Shown here: positions 18,151 through 28,040 of the stretch, one piece after another
How the letters are laid out: every line of letters starts with the position of its first letter
Numbering within the stretch: the first letter of the stretch is position 1
Origin: an uncultured bacterium
GTDB taxonomy: Bacteria > Abyssobacteria > SURF-5 > CBDUXP01
NCBI GenBank assembly: GCA_965371225.1
Contig: CBDUXP010000007.1
Location: 28,392 to 92,391, forward strand
Direction: 5' to 3'
Length of the DNA: 64,000 nucleotides
Notes under the pieces: model-generated
Seen by the model: the letters and a program-made list of their open reading frames with translations, nothing else
The model's database searches: none
Told to the model about the DNA's origin: nothing
Program-made: the position numbers and the translations under genes

Positions 18151-19316
18151 GCGTTACCTCGGCCCGCGCCGGCCAAGCGGGCACCCCGCTGGGCCCGCCG
18201 AATGGCCCGGACGCGGCCGGCGATGCTCCCGAGCCCGGCTTCGCGCCGCGCCACGCTGATCGGGGCGTCATCGTCCGCGGGACAGTTTTCCCATGCCGCC
18301 GCAATGGCCTCACCCCCGCGGCGGCATGCGTCGTGCGCGGCGTCCAGCAGTGCGCCGACGCTGTCCTCACCTTCCACCCCCGCATCGCGCAAAGCCACGA
18401 TGGTCAGGCCCAGCAGGCGCGCGGCCGCCAAGGCGGATTGGGCCTGCGCAATGGGCGTCGCCTCTTCCCCGCCGGTGGCTGCCGAGGCGCCGGGGGGCCC
18501 GGCCAGCGTCTCGTTCAACTGCCACGCCAGCAGTCCGCTGAACAGGCCGCACCCAAACGTGTCTTCGTGGTCCCGGAAGTTCCGGACCATCCCGCGGTAG
18601 GCGGTGTCCTTTGGGCCAATGAGGTTTCCCGCAGGCACGGCGCACCGCTCGAGTTGCACTTGTGCGTGCGGAGAGGTCTCGAGGAAGCCCAGGTCCATGG
18701 GAGGGCTGATTTCCACCCCGGGCCAGTCCCGCTCGACGATGAACGCACTGATGCCCCGCAGCGGGCCGGTGTCGTCCGTCACCGCGATCACGATAAGCAG
18801 ATCGCTTTCCGGCCCGTTCGTGATGTACGCCTTCTGGCCCGTCAGGAAATAGGTGTCGCCTTCCAGCTCGGCGCGCGTTTTGAGGTGCCGGGGATGGGCG
18901 CCGGTCTCCGGTTCGGACACGGCCAAGCAGATAAGGGACTCGCCGTTGAGCAGGCGCGGGAGGTAGCGTTCCCGTTGCGCGTCAGTGGCATACGGCAGGA
19001 ACAAGTTGGACACTACCTGATTGTGGATATTCAGCGACACCCCCAGGCCCAGGTCCTGGCCGTGCTCCACCATCGCCTCCAGCGCGAGCAGCAGGCTGCG
19101 CGCATCCCGGCCCGTGCCGCCCTGGTCCTCCGGCACCAACACGCCCGTAAATCCCGCCGCGGCCAGACGCCGCCACAGATCCCGGTCGAACCGTCGCGCC
19201 CGCGCCCGCTCAGCCCGGGTGGGCGCCACCGCCTCCTCCGCCAACCGTGCCATAGCCTCGCGGAATTGCAGATGCTCCGGAGTCAGGAGGCCCGTTGCCA
19301 GAGCCACGTCGTACAT
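18147..19316 (-). CDS. Acyl-CoA dehydrogenase family protein
   Basis: ACAD fold signatures (CLAVSEPETGAHP, GQKAYITNGPESD). The stop overlaps the pilT ATG in an ATGA arrangement. Confidence 0.75.
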   Translation of the reverse strand: MYDVALATGLLTPEHLQFREAMARLAEEAVAPTRAERARARRFDRDLWRRLAAAGFTGVLVPEDQGGTGRDARSLLLALEAMVEHGQDLGLGVSLNIHNQVVSNLFLPYATDAQRERYLPRLLNGESLICLAVSEPETGAHPRHLKTRAELEGDTYFLTGQKAYITNGPESDLLIVIAVTDDTGPLRGISAFIVERDWPGVEISPPMDLGFLETSPHAQVQLERCAVPAGNLIGPKDTAYRGMVRNFRDHEDTFGCGLFSGLLAWQLNETLAGPPGASAATGGEEATPIAQAQSALAAARLLGLTIVALRDAGVEGEDSVGALLDAAHDACRRGGEAIAAAWENCPADDDAPISVARREAGLGSIAGRVRAIRRAQRGARLAGAGRGNA

Positions 19317-19325
19317 GGTCCTAGT

Positions 19326-20654
19326 CTACTGGACCGTCGGATTGGAAAGCTCCGGCACGTGGTCCGCAAGAGGGGACGGGGGTGCCGGCGCCGTCGCGCG
19401 CCAGAAGGCATAGCCCGCGGCCCGCATCGGGATCGCTTCCAGCGTGAACCACCCGGCGGCGAGGCCGCTGCCCAGCAGGCCGGCACCCACGGCCCCCCGC
19501 ACCATGACTCCCAACTGCCGCTTGCGCACGGCGCGCCAGGGAACCACCAGGAGGCCGAGGGCGCAGAGCGTCAGGGCGCCGCCCAACAGCAGGACGATCT
19601 CCCCCGCCTGCCCCGATTCCATCAACAGCCGCCATCCTGCGAGCGTGCCCGGGACGAGGTGCTCGATCGGGGGTGGGGGCGGCGCCACGTCGTAGGGTGC
19701 AGGGAGCGCCGCGGTCGAGACGCGCGTGAGCGTGGTGCCGATGGCGGGATGATCCGTCAGGGGTTGGGGCGGCGCACCGGGCACGGGCACGGGATCCGTA
19801 AAGATCTGTTCCGGTGGAGTGGTCACCTGCCAGGTGATCTCCCGACCCGGGCGCATCCAGACGAGATCGATCCGACCCGCGCCGCCGGCCGCTCCCGCCT
19901 CATCCCATGGCGCACCGCGCGCGGCCGCCGCGTTCGGCTGGTGGGCCTGGCCGCGCAAGAGACGATAGAACGCGGACTGGCGCATGAAGTTGAAGTCGCC
20001 GACCACGATGGCGGGCGCGTGCCCAGCGCGGGCGGCCACGGCATGGCGGAGGGTGTGCACCTGATGCCAGCGGTCGTACGCGTACTGGTCGTCCATCTCA
20101 TCCCCACCGGGCGGGCGGGCCTGATAGCGCGCGTGCAGGTGCGTCACGCCAAACCAGAGGGGCCCGTCGGGAAGGTCCAGGCGCACCACCCCGATCCCCT
20201 TCCCGCCCCACCAGTCACCATGCCAAATCTTCCAGGGCTTCCCGTTGACCGGAAAAGACGTGTAGTGCCGCTCACCAATGGGATACCGGGACAGCACCAG
20301 CAATCCACTTTCCCCCTCATCCGTGGCGAAATCCGCCTGATACGGAAAATGATCGGCCACCGCCTGCCGCAAGGCCAGCCGCGGGACGGCTGCCCACACC
20401 TCTTGCAACCCCACCACGTGCAGGTCGCTGGCGATGAGGCGCTCGGCCAAGGCGGCGAAGCGCTCGTCGATAAAGGTGGACACCCGGGGAATGCCCCACA
20501 TGTTGATGGTCGCCACCCGCAAGGTTGCGGAAACCGGGCGGGGCGCAGGCGGAGGTTCGGCGCGCGCCCCCTCATCGCCGCCTTGGGCGTGGAGCGTGAC
20601 GGGCCGCATGAACGCGAAACTCCCGGCGACGAGAAGCACAACAAGCGGCCGCAT
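19326..20654 (-). CDS. Endonuclease/exonuclease/phosphatase (EEP) family protein with a signal peptide and a C-terminal TM anchor
   Basis: EEP motifs (ATINMWG, VVGLQEVW, VVGDFN). There is a hydrophobic N-terminus and a hydrophobic C-terminal segment (IVLLLGGALTLCALGLLVV). Confidence 0.65.
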   Translation of the reverse strand: MRPLVVLLVAGSFAFMRPVTLHAQGGDEGARAEPPPAPRPVSATLRVATINMWGIPRVSTFIDERFAALAERLIASDLHVVGLQEVWAAVPRLALRQAVADHFPYQADFATDEGESGLLVLSRYPIGERHYTSFPVNGKPWKIWHGDWWGGKGIGVVRLDLPDGPLWFGVTHLHARYQARPPGGDEMDDQYAYDRWHQVHTLRHAVAARAGHAPAIVVGDFNFMRQSAFYRLLRGQAHQPNAAAARGAPWDEAGAAGGAGRIDLVWMRPGREITWQVTTPPEQIFTDPVPVPGAPPQPLTDHPAIGTTLTRVSTAALPAPYDVAPPPPPIEHLVPGTLAGWRLLMESGQAGEIVLLLGGALTLCALGLLVVPWRAVRKRQLGVMVRGAVGAGLLGSGLAAGWFTLEAIPMRAAGYAFWRATAPAPPSPLADHVPELSNPTVQ

Positions 20655-20716
20655 GGCGCGCCTAGCCTACACGAGCAGCGGGCGGAGGCGGCGATTCATG
20701 CTAGGCTGCGCCGGTT

Positions 20717-21688
20717 ATGGCGCGACGGAACACTACGCTCACCGCCGTCGCGGGCCTGCGCGTCGGCCAGTGGACGGATGCTGACGCGCTCACCGGCTGC
20801 ACGGTGGTGGTGTGCGACGTGCCCACGGTTTGCGGGGTGGACGTGCGCGGCTCGGCGACGGGCACGCGTGAGATCGAACTCTGCCGCCCGCCTCACGTAG
20901 CCGACTGCATCGATGCGCTCGTGCTCTCCGGCGGCAGTGCCTTCGGCCTCGCCGCAGCCGACGGCGTGCAGCAGGAGTTGGAGCGAGACGGTCGGGGCTT
21001 CGCAGTGGGCGACGTACGGATCCCGCTGGTTCCGGCGGCGATTCTGTTCGACCTGAGCATCGGCGCGGCGCACGTTCGCCCGGACGCGGAGGCCGGGGCC
21101 GCGGCCTATCAGGCGGCCACGAACCGGCCGGTGCGGCAGGGCAACGTGGGTGCCGGTACCGGGGCGACAGTCGGCAAGATGGGTGGACTCGCGCGCGCCA
21201 TGAAGGGGGGCCTGGGTTCCGCGGCGTTGCCCGTGGGGGGCAGTACCGTCGGCGCGCTCGTGGCGGTGAACGCCCTCGGCGACATTCGAGACCCGCGCAC
21301 GGGCGCGATCGTTGCAGGTCTGCGGCGCGCGAGCGGGCGGGGATTCGCCGACGCTGCCAAGACGCTGCGTGAGGCGGCCTCGCACCCGGTCCCGACGGGG
21401 GCGAACACGGTGATCGGGTGCGTGGCCACGGACGCGCGCCTGTCCAAGGACGAGGCGACCCTCTTGGCCCGGGCGGGGGCCACGGCTATCGCCAAATGCT
21501 GCTCCCCGGCCCATCTGCCGTCCGATGGAGACGTGGCGTTTGGACTGGGACATCGGGACGGTGACCGTCGCGTGCCCATCGCCCAGCTCGCTGCCGGGGC
21601 GACCGAGGCGATGGTGCGCGCGATACTGAACGCGGTCCGCTACGCCCGCCCCGCGGGAGGGGTGCCGGCAGCCGCGAAGGGCCGATGA
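20717..21688 (+). CDS. P1-family peptidase (DmpA/OAT-like L-aminopeptidase/D-Ala-esterase, peptidase S58)
   Basis: DmpA family similarity (GNVGAGTGATVGK, the self-processing Ser/Thr context, NAVG..ALGDI). Confidence 0.75.
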   Translation: MARRNTTLTAVAGLRVGQWTDADALTGCTVVVCDVPTVCGVDVRGSATGTREIELCRPPHVADCIDALVLSGGSAFGLAAADGVQQELERDGRGFAVGDVRIPLVPAAILFDLSIGAAHVRPDAEAGAAAYQAATNRPVRQGNVGAGTGATVGKMGGLARAMKGGLGSAALPVGGSTVGALVAVNALGDIRDPRTGAIVAGLRRASGRGFADAAKTLREAASHPVPTGANTVIGCVATDARLSKDEATLLARAGATAIAKCCSPAHLPSDGDVAFGLGHRDGDRRVPIAQLAAGATEAMVRAILNAVRYARPAGGVPAAAKGR

Positions 21689-22377
21689 AGCTCCCCGCAT
21701 CGCGCCCGGCCATCTTCCTCGAACGGGTGAACCGGTTCACCGCCCTGGTGAGCGTCGACGGGGAACCCGCCGTCGCGCACGTGCCGCACACGGGCCGGTT
21801 GCGGGAACTCTTGCAGTTGGGGGCGGCATGCCGCGTCGTGCCGGCGCCGGAAAATGGGAACCGGAAGACGGACTGGGACCTGCTCCTCGTGCGCCACCAC
21901 CGGCGGTGGGTGTGCATCGACACGCGCTGGGCGAACGCGCTCGTCGCAGCCGGCCTCCAGCAGGGCGCGCTGCCGGGGTTCGCCGCGTGGCCGCAGGTGG
22001 AAGCGGAGGTGCGCGTCGGGAGCCAGCGGCTGGACTTCCGCGTGAGCAACGGCCGGGATGACTGTTACATCGAAGTGAAGTGCGTCACCCTGGTGGAGGA
22101 GGGCACGGCGCTCTTTCCCGACGCGCCGACCAAGCGGGGGACGGAGCACCTCTGGCGGCTGAGCGAACTCGCCGCCGACGGGCACGGCGCCGCGCTGGTG
22201 TTTGTCCTGTTGCGCAACGATGCGGAGGAACTGCTCCCGCACCGGGAACACGATCCGGCTTTTGCCGCCGCGCTAGCCGGGGCGCGCCGGGCAGGTGTCC
22301 GGCTGCAAGCCTGGACGACGGAGGTGCGGCCGCGCACCATGACCTTGGCACGCACCATCCCCGTCCTGTGCGCGTAG
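21685..22377 (+). CDS. sfsA: Sugar fermentation stimulation protein SfsA (DNA/RNA nuclease SfsA family)
   Basis: SfsA N-terminal motif FLERVNRFTALV and the later CYIEVK..VTL core. There is an ATGA overlap with the upstream peptidase gene. Confidence 0.8.
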   Translation: MKLPASRPAIFLERVNRFTALVSVDGEPAVAHVPHTGRLRELLQLGAACRVVPAPENGNRKTDWDLLLVRHHRRWVCIDTRWANALVAAGLQQGALPGFAAWPQVEAEVRVGSQRLDFRVSNGRDDCYIEVKCVTLVEEGTALFPDAPTKRGTEHLWRLSELAADGHGAALVFVLLRNDAEELLPHREHDPAFAAALAGARRAGVRLQAWTTEVRPRTMTLARTIPVLCA

Positions 22378-22384
22378 GCCGCCG

Positions 22385-24037
22385 CTAGACCAGCTTCCCC
22401 GTGAGACGCGCCTCGGCGACGTTACCCATGAACGCACGCATGCTGTTGAGGTAGTCGATGGAATCGTCGAGCACCTGCTCGGCGGGGATGTTCGTCTCCC
22501 CTTTGACCATGCGCTCCACGTGCTCATCCTTCAAGCGCGCGGCGAGCGCCTTGATCTCGTCGGTCAGCTTCAGCACGTGCTTGGCTCGGACGATACCGTC
22601 CCCGGGACCAACGATGGCCGCGCGCAATTCCTCCATGGCGCGAAGCGTAAGGCCCGACACCTCCTGAAAGTGTTCCATGACGGCGGGATCGTACACGGCT
22701 TCGAGACGCTGCTGCAGCCGCATGAGCCGCTCGCCGAAGTCCGATATCTTCTCGATGTCGTTTACCGCGTGGAAGATGCGCGGCAGGCGCAACGCATCGT
22801 CCGGGCTCATTTCCTGCTGCGCGACTTCGTTGAGATAGCGGAATATTTCGACCTGCAGGGTATCGACGTTGTCTTCCAGCTTCTCCACTTCCTTCAGGTT
22901 GTCCTGGTTGTCCCGAATTCCCTGAATCGCCAACCCGAGCCCGTCGTGAGCCAACTCGAGCATGTGCCCGATCTCCCGCACGACGGCGTTCACCGCCAAG
23001 GTCGGGCTCTGGAGCAGGTTGCGATCCAGGTATTTGGGTCCCGCGAAGCCCACCTCCTTACCTTCGGCCACGCCCTTCGTGGCCAGCCAGGCCAATTGTC
23101 GGGTAAAGGGGAGGAAGACGAGCATATTGATGACGTTGAAGAGGGTGTGTGAGACGGCGATATGCGAGGTGATGGTGGCCTGGGAGAGGTCCCAGGGGGT
23201 GATGGCGTCCACCAGGGTGCGGAATACGCCGAACCAAATGAGCGGCAGGGCCCAGGCGGCGCCGAACAGGTTAAACAAGGTATGCGCCATGGCGGCCCGT
23301 TTCGCGTTCGCCGTCTCCACGCTGAGGGCCGCCAACTGCGCCGTGATCGTGGTGCCGATGTTGTCCCCGATCAGAATGGGGAGCGCCGCCTCGAACGAGA
23401 TCTGCCCCTGCATCGCTAACAACTGGAGGATGGTGATCGTGGCACTGCTGCTCTGCAGCAGGACAGTGAAGACGATTCCGGCCACGAGACCGAGGAGCGG
23501 ATACCGGGCGAAGTTGACGGTCGCCTCCCGCAGCAGATCGCTGTCCTTCAACGGCTCGAACCCGTCTTTCAAGAGGCTCAAACCCAGAAATAACACGCCG
23601 AACCCAAAGATGAACTGCCCCGCGAAGCGCCACCGGTGCCGCTTCGCGTAGGAGCGCAGCAGCAAGCCCAATGCGATGGCCGGCATCGCGTACTTCGTGA
23701 TTTTGAAGACGGCGAGGACGGAGAAGAGGCTGACCAGCCAGGCGGTCGTGGTGGTGCCGATATTCGCGCCCATAATCACGCCGATGGCCTGCTTGAGATT
23801 CAGCAGGTTGGCGTTCACGAAGCCCACCACCAGCACGGTGGTGGCCGAACTGCTCTGCATCAGCGTGGTCATGGCAGTGCCCGCGAGGACCGCCACGATT
23901 CGGTTCCGCGTGAAGAAGCCGAGGACGCTCTTCAGTTGGTGGCTCGCCATGTTCTGGAGACCGTCGGCCATCTCCCGCATTCCGAAGAAGATCAGCGCGA
24001 TACCACCCGCGGCCAGAAAGAGGACGCCCGTAATCAT
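22385..24037 (-). CDS. Na/Pi cotransporter family protein (NptA/YjbB-like, with C-terminal PhoU-like domains)
   Basis: Two repeated transporter halves (LQSSSATTVLVVGFV / LQSSSATITILQ) plus C-terminal PhoU-type helical repeats. The start was moved to the internal ATG so the gene does not overlap greA. Confidence 0.75.
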   Translation of the reverse strand: MITGVLFLAAGGIALIFFGMREMADGLQNMASHQLKSVLGFFTRNRIVAVLAGTAMTTLMQSSSATTVLVVGFVNANLLNLKQAIGVIMGANIGTTTTAWLVSLFSVLAVFKITKYAMPAIALGLLLRSYAKRHRWRFAGQFIFGFGVLFLGLSLLKDGFEPLKDSDLLREATVNFARYPLLGLVAGIVFTVLLQSSSATITILQLLAMQGQISFEAALPILIGDNIGTTITAQLAALSVETANAKRAAMAHTLFNLFGAAWALPLIWFGVFRTLVDAITPWDLSQATITSHIAVSHTLFNVINMLVFLPFTRQLAWLATKGVAEGKEVGFAGPKYLDRNLLQSPTLAVNAVVREIGHMLELAHDGLGLAIQGIRDNQDNLKEVEKLEDNVDTLQVEIFRYLNEVAQQEMSPDDALRLPRIFHAVNDIEKISDFGERLMRLQQRLEAVYDPAVMEHFQEVSGLTLRAMEELRAAIVGPGDGIVRAKHVLKLTDEIKALAARLKDEHVERMVKGETNIPAEQVLDDSIDYLNSMRAFMGNVAEARLTGKLV

Positions 24038-24090
24038 GGGGTGGATTCCCGGTCCGCGGTCACGATGGAGGAGACCTCGTTGGGTGGTTT

Positions 24091-24561
24091 CTAGTGGGTG
24101 ATCCCGAGCACTTCGTAGTGCAGGGTGCCGGCCGGCACGGTGATCTCGACTTTTTCTCCCACCGCCGCGCCGAGCAACCCCCGACCGACGGGTGAGGAGG
24201 TGGAGATCTTGCCGTGCTTGAAGTCCGCTTCCGCCTCGCTCACCAGGTGATACACGAGTTCCTTGTCGCGCGTCAGGTCCCGAAGCGTGAGGGTGCATCC
24301 GACGCGCGCTTTATCATCCGCCGGCTTCTCCATGATGCGGGCCTGCGCCAGCGTCGTCTCCAACCCGGCGATGCGCTTCTCCAGAAACCCTTGGGCTTCC
24401 TTGGCCGCATCGTACTCGGCGTTCTCACTCAGGTCCCCGTGCGCGCGCGCCTCCGCGATCGCCCGCACGATCTCCGGACGTTTGACGGACCGCAACTTGT
24501 GCAGATCGGCGATCAATTTCTCGCGGCCTTCCGGAGTCAGCCAGACGGGTTCATCACCCAC
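24091..24561 (-). CDS. greA: Transcription elongation factor GreA
   Basis: Full-length match to GreA (LTPEGREKL...DLSENAEYDAAKE...VEITVPAG). Confidence 0.9.
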   Translation of the reverse strand: MGDEPVWLTPEGREKLIADLHKLRSVKRPEIVRAIAEARAHGDLSENAEYDAAKEAQGFLEKRIAGLETTLAQARIMEKPADDKARVGCTLTLRDLTRDKELVYHLVSEAEADFKHGKISTSSPVGRGLLGAAVGEKVEITVPAGTLHYEVLGITH

Positions 24562-24762
24562 AGGTCACCTCATTGCTCGCAAGCGGGGCAATGGTAGCGG
24601 ACCCCCCGGCGCACGGCAAGCCGCACGTCCGCCGGCGACCGCCCGGTATACTTGGGGTGTGCGCGCGTTCTTCCAGCAGTACGGGCCGGACCTGGGCCTG
24701 GGGGGGCTCATCCTCTACGTCCTGATCCTCGCTTGGGCCACCGCGCAACAACTCGCCGCGTC

Positions 24763-25521
24763 TTAACTCCGGGGCGCGGGGGGCTTCCGGCCCACCGCAA
24801 GCGCCGTAACGCCGAAGGGCAGATTCCGCGACCGCAGGGGGATCGCCTCCAGCCCGAAGAGGCGGGCGAGCAGATCGTTCACCCATCCCGGCCCCGTCAT
24901 CTCGAAGTCCGACCTGACCGGGTGCGACGCGGCGGCCGGGATCAACCGCCGCGCCATCCGCACCGCCGCGATGGGCAGAAACAGGAGCGCATTGCAATAG
25001 GTGGCCCGCTCCGCGCGCAGGCCCGCGCGTTCCATCAAGGCCGTCAGCTCGCGCAGGCGGTAGCGCTTCTGGTGCTGGTTGATCGTATCGTGATCGCCCC
25101 AGAGCGCCTGAAACGCCGGGACGGCGGCGAGGAGCGCGCCCCCGGGCTTGAGGCACCGCGCGCCCTCGGCTACGACGCCCGCGTCGTCGGCGACGTGTTC
25201 GATGAGGTCCAACATGGACACGAGGTCGAATTGGCCATCGGCAAGGGGCAGGGCCGCGCCGCTGCCCTGCACGAGGCCGGCGTCCGTGCGCTCGCGCGCG
25301 TAGGCGATCGCCTCCGGGGCCAGGTCCAACCCCACCACGTCCCCGTATGGCTGAAAGAACCGCAGCATGTGGCCCGTGCCGCAGCCTACGTCCAGAATCC
25401 GGGCCCCCGGCGTGTCGGGGAGGATCGCCGGCAGCAGCGCGCGCAGAATCGCCTGGCGGCCCCGGAACCACCAGTGCGCCTCCTCTACTCTTGCGTACTC
25501 GGCGTAGAAGTGGGTTTCCAC
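24763..25521 (-). CDS. Class I SAM-dependent methyltransferase (methyltransferase type 11/12)
   Basis: SAM-binding motif I ILDVGCGTG, with motif II/III context following (VVGLDLAPEAI, FDLVSMLDLIEHV). The 5' end is uncertain because the long ORF overlaps the GT2 gene, so a GTG near 25521 was assumed. Confidence 0.65.
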   Translation of the reverse strand: METHFYAEYARVEEAHWWFRGRQAILRALLPAILPDTPGARILDVGCGTGHMLRFFQPYGDVVGLDLAPEAIAYARERTDAGLVQGSGAALPLADGQFDLVSMLDLIEHVADDAGVVAEGARCLKPGGALLAAVPAFQALWGDHDTINQHQKRYRLRELTALMERAGLRAERATYCNALLFLPIAAVRMARRLIPAAASHPVRSDFEMTGPGWVNDLLARLFGLEAIPLRSRNLPFGVTALAVGRKPPAPRS

Positions 25522-26252
25522 CGGGCGGCCGCCTTGGGAAACTGGATGCGCCACCACATCCGCGCAATGGTCCACAACGTCCGGGGAATATTTCCGGGGC
25601 GCACCGTGGTCCGGCCCGCCTGCCGCGGGTAGTGGCGGACCCCCACCTGCTGGATCCGGAGGCGGGCTTTCGCGGCGCGTGACACTATTTCCGCATCCAC
25701 GAAGAAGTCGTCGCACACAATGTCGATGCGGTCGAACACCTCCCGCCGAAACAGTTTGAAGGCGCAATCGATATCCCGAACCGGCAACCAGAAGAGGACG
25801 AAGATGAGCTTGTTGTATATCCAGGAGAGGATACAGCGGAGGACCGAGTCATACCGGTAGATGCGAAACCCGATGACCACGTCATGGTCCCGCAGGTGCG
25901 GCACGAAGTAGCGCACCTCCCGAATGTCGAATTGGAGATCGGCGTCCGTGTAAAACAAGTACGGAAGGCGGGCGGCCTGGAATCCGCTCCGCAGCGCCGC
26001 ACCGTACCCCCGGTTCGCGCCGTGGTGAATCACGCGCACGTGGCCAGGATCGGCCGCCGCGAGCCGATCGGCGATGGCCCCGGTATCGTCCGTGCTGCCA
26101 TCATCGACCACGATGACTTCATACTCGGTCGCGAGAGGCGCCACCGCGCCGACGGCGGCGCGGACCGCGTTCTCGATGTTCTCCTCTTCGTCCAATGCCG
26201 GGAGGATGACCGACAGGCCGGCGCAGCGCTGGGCGGGCGTCGGGGCGCTCAC
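25485..26252 (-). CDS. Family 2 glycosyltransferase (dolichyl-phosphate mannosyltransferase-like)
   Basis: GT2 signatures: LSVILPALDEEENI, VIVVDDGSTDDT, YTDADLQ, CAFKLFRREVF. Confidence 0.8.
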   Translation of the reverse strand: MSAPTPAQRCAGLSVILPALDEEENIENAVRAAVGAVAPLATEYEVIVVDDGSTDDTGAIADRLAAADPGHVRVIHHGANRGYGAALRSGFQAARLPYLFYTDADLQFDIREVRYFVPHLRDHDVVIGFRIYRYDSVLRCILSWIYNKLIFVLFWLPVRDIDCAFKLFRREVFDRIDIVCDDFFVDAEIVSRAAKARLRIQQVGVRHYPRQAGRTTVRPGNIPRTLWTIARMWWRIQFPKAAARWKPTSTPSTQE

Positions 26253-26734
26253 GCGAATTCCTGGTCGAGCATGGACGTGATGAACTTGTCAAGCGAGACG
26301 GGATAGTACGCCATCTTCGGAGTCTGGATAACTCCCGTCGTAATGATTTCGCGCCGCTCCAATTCATCCAACACGCGACTCACCATGTCGGAGAGGCCGA
26401 ACTCGAACTCGCGCCGGCTGAAATCCTCCAAGTGCAGCTCCACCGGCTGGCGCTGGTACTTGAAAGCGAACACGCGGCCGACAATAGTCTCGTCCAGCGG
26501 CTCGGCGTCGAAGACCTCGCCGTAGGTGGGTGCCTGGTCGCCCGGCCGGACGATGAGTTTCGGGCTGACGAGGATTTTGCCGCGAATTTCGGTCGTCCGG
26601 AAGCCGGGCACTTCCGATTCGCCCAGCAGAATGTAGGGCAAATCGTGATATCCCGAATGCACGCCGAACGTCGGCTGCCGGATGATGCGTGTCTGCTCGT
26701 AGAGCCACTTCAACTGTTGAGGATCTTTCGGCAT
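26249..26734 (-). CDS. Hypothetical protein, with markedly lower GC than its neighbours
   Basis: 161-aa ORF starting at the internal ATG (MPKDPQQLKWLYEQ...). The codon usage is AT-richer than the flanking genes. No family was recognised. Confidence 0.45.
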   Translation of the reverse strand: MPKDPQQLKWLYEQTRIIRQPTFGVHSGYHDLPYILLGESEVPGFRTTEIRGKILVSPKLIVRPGDQAPTYGEVFDAEPLDETIVGRVFAFKYQRQPVELHLEDFSRREFEFGLSDMVSRVLDELERREIITTGVIQTPKMAYYPVSLDKFITSMLDQEFA

Positions 26735-26934
26735 AGTCGTGCGCGCCACCAGTCGGAACCCGCATGGTATTCTCCCGGCCCAACCCGGCGGCGTCAAGGG
26801 GCTGGCCGCCACCCGCCCGGGTGCTATACTTGGGCGATCTGCGAGCCAAAGCGGGGGGCGGAGGATCCAGTGCAACAGGCCTTTACCCGCGAGCCTTGGT
26901 TTGCCGAAACCGCCCGGCCCGTTCGAGCAGTGAC

Positions 26935-28029
26935 ATGCCATCGCGTTCCCCCGCCCTCGCAGTAATCCTCGCCACGAGCCTCCTCTTCAGCGGGTGTGGC
27001 TCCGACTCCAGCGCCGCCCCGCCCCCCGAGGAAGATACCGTCAGCATCGGGGTCCGGGTGGTCTCGGTTCAGCGCGGGGACATTATCTCGGTGATCGATG
27101 CCGTCGGCACGTTGCAGGCGGTTCAGGAAGCAACCATTTCCTCGCGCGTGCCCGGGCGCGTGGACGCGCTGCCCTTCGCCGTGGGCGATTGCGTGGACAC
27201 CGGAGACCTGCTGGTCCGGCTGGAACAGCAGGAATTCCACCTGGCCGTCCGCCAGGCGGAAGCGGCCGTCGGGTCGGCCCGCGCGCGCTTGGCGGGCGCG
27301 CGCCTGGTGCACAAGCGCGTGGACGAACTTCGGGCGCAACACATCGCGTCGACCGAACGGCAAGACGCGGCGGCCACGCAACTGGCCATCGGTCAGGCGG
27401 GGGTGCGGGAAGCCAATGCCGCCCTCGATATCGCCGAGGACCAGATGGCCAACAGCGTGATCCTTGCGCCGTTCCGGGGTGATGTGGCGCGTCTGGATGT
27501 GAACGTCGGGGAGCGCATCACGCCCGGCCAGCCGCTCCTGCACCTCGTGAATCTCGATACCGTGGAGATAGACGTCAGTGTGAGCGAGAAGCGTATCCAG
27601 GCGGTCACCCTGGGGCAGTCCGTGCGGGTGCGGGTGGACGGCTTTCCGACACAGAAGTTCGCGGGTGTCGTACACCGACTGTCGCCGACCGTCGACCCCG
27701 TCTCACGCACGTTCGTCGCCACCGTCCAGCTTGTTAACCCGGACCATCGGCTGCGCCCCGGGATGTTTACGCGCGTCGAAATTCAGGTGGGCGAGCATGT
27801 GGATGCCCTGGTGATCCACCGCGCCGGGTTGCTGGAACTGACCGGCGCACTCTGGGCCGTGCGCGTCCGCGACGGGCGGGCGGAGCGAGTAGAGGTAACG
27901 CCGGGCTTCCGGTACGGGGAGCACGTGGAGATCCAAGCCGGCCTCGACCTTGGGGATCAGGTGGTCACTGAGGGCGCCTACGGGCTGGGCAACGGCGCGG
28001 CGTTGCACATCATCGCCGACGCCGGCTAG
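26935..28029 (+). CDS. Efflux RND transporter periplasmic adaptor subunit (HlyD/MFP family), lipoprotein
   Basis: Lipobox LLFSGCGS, then a coiled-coil hairpin and beta-barrel adaptor regions typical of AcrA/MexA-like proteins. Confidence 0.8.
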   Translation: MPSRSPALAVILATSLLFSGCGSDSSAAPPPEEDTVSIGVRVVSVQRGDIISVIDAVGTLQAVQEATISSRVPGRVDALPFAVGDCVDTGDLLVRLEQQEFHLAVRQAEAAVGSARARLAGARLVHKRVDELRAQHIASTERQDAAATQLAIGQAGVREANAALDIAEDQMANSVILAPFRGDVARLDVNVGERITPGQPLLHLVNLDTVEIDVSVSEKRIQAVTLGQSVRVRVDGFPTQKFAGVVHRLSPTVDPVSRTFVATVQLVNPDHRLRPGMFTRVEIQVGEHVDALVIHRAGLLELTGALWAVRVRDGRAERVEVTPGFRYGEHVEIQAGLDLGDQVVTEGAYGLGNGAALHIIADAG

Positions 28030-28040
28030 CGGGGCACCTG

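Noticed and set aside
18333-20900. 855-aa plus-strand ORF
   Set aside because: It is antisense to the acyl-CoA dehydrogenase and EEP genes. Its translation is low-complexity Arg/Gly/Pro-rich with no domain signatures, which is typical of high-GC shadow ORFs.
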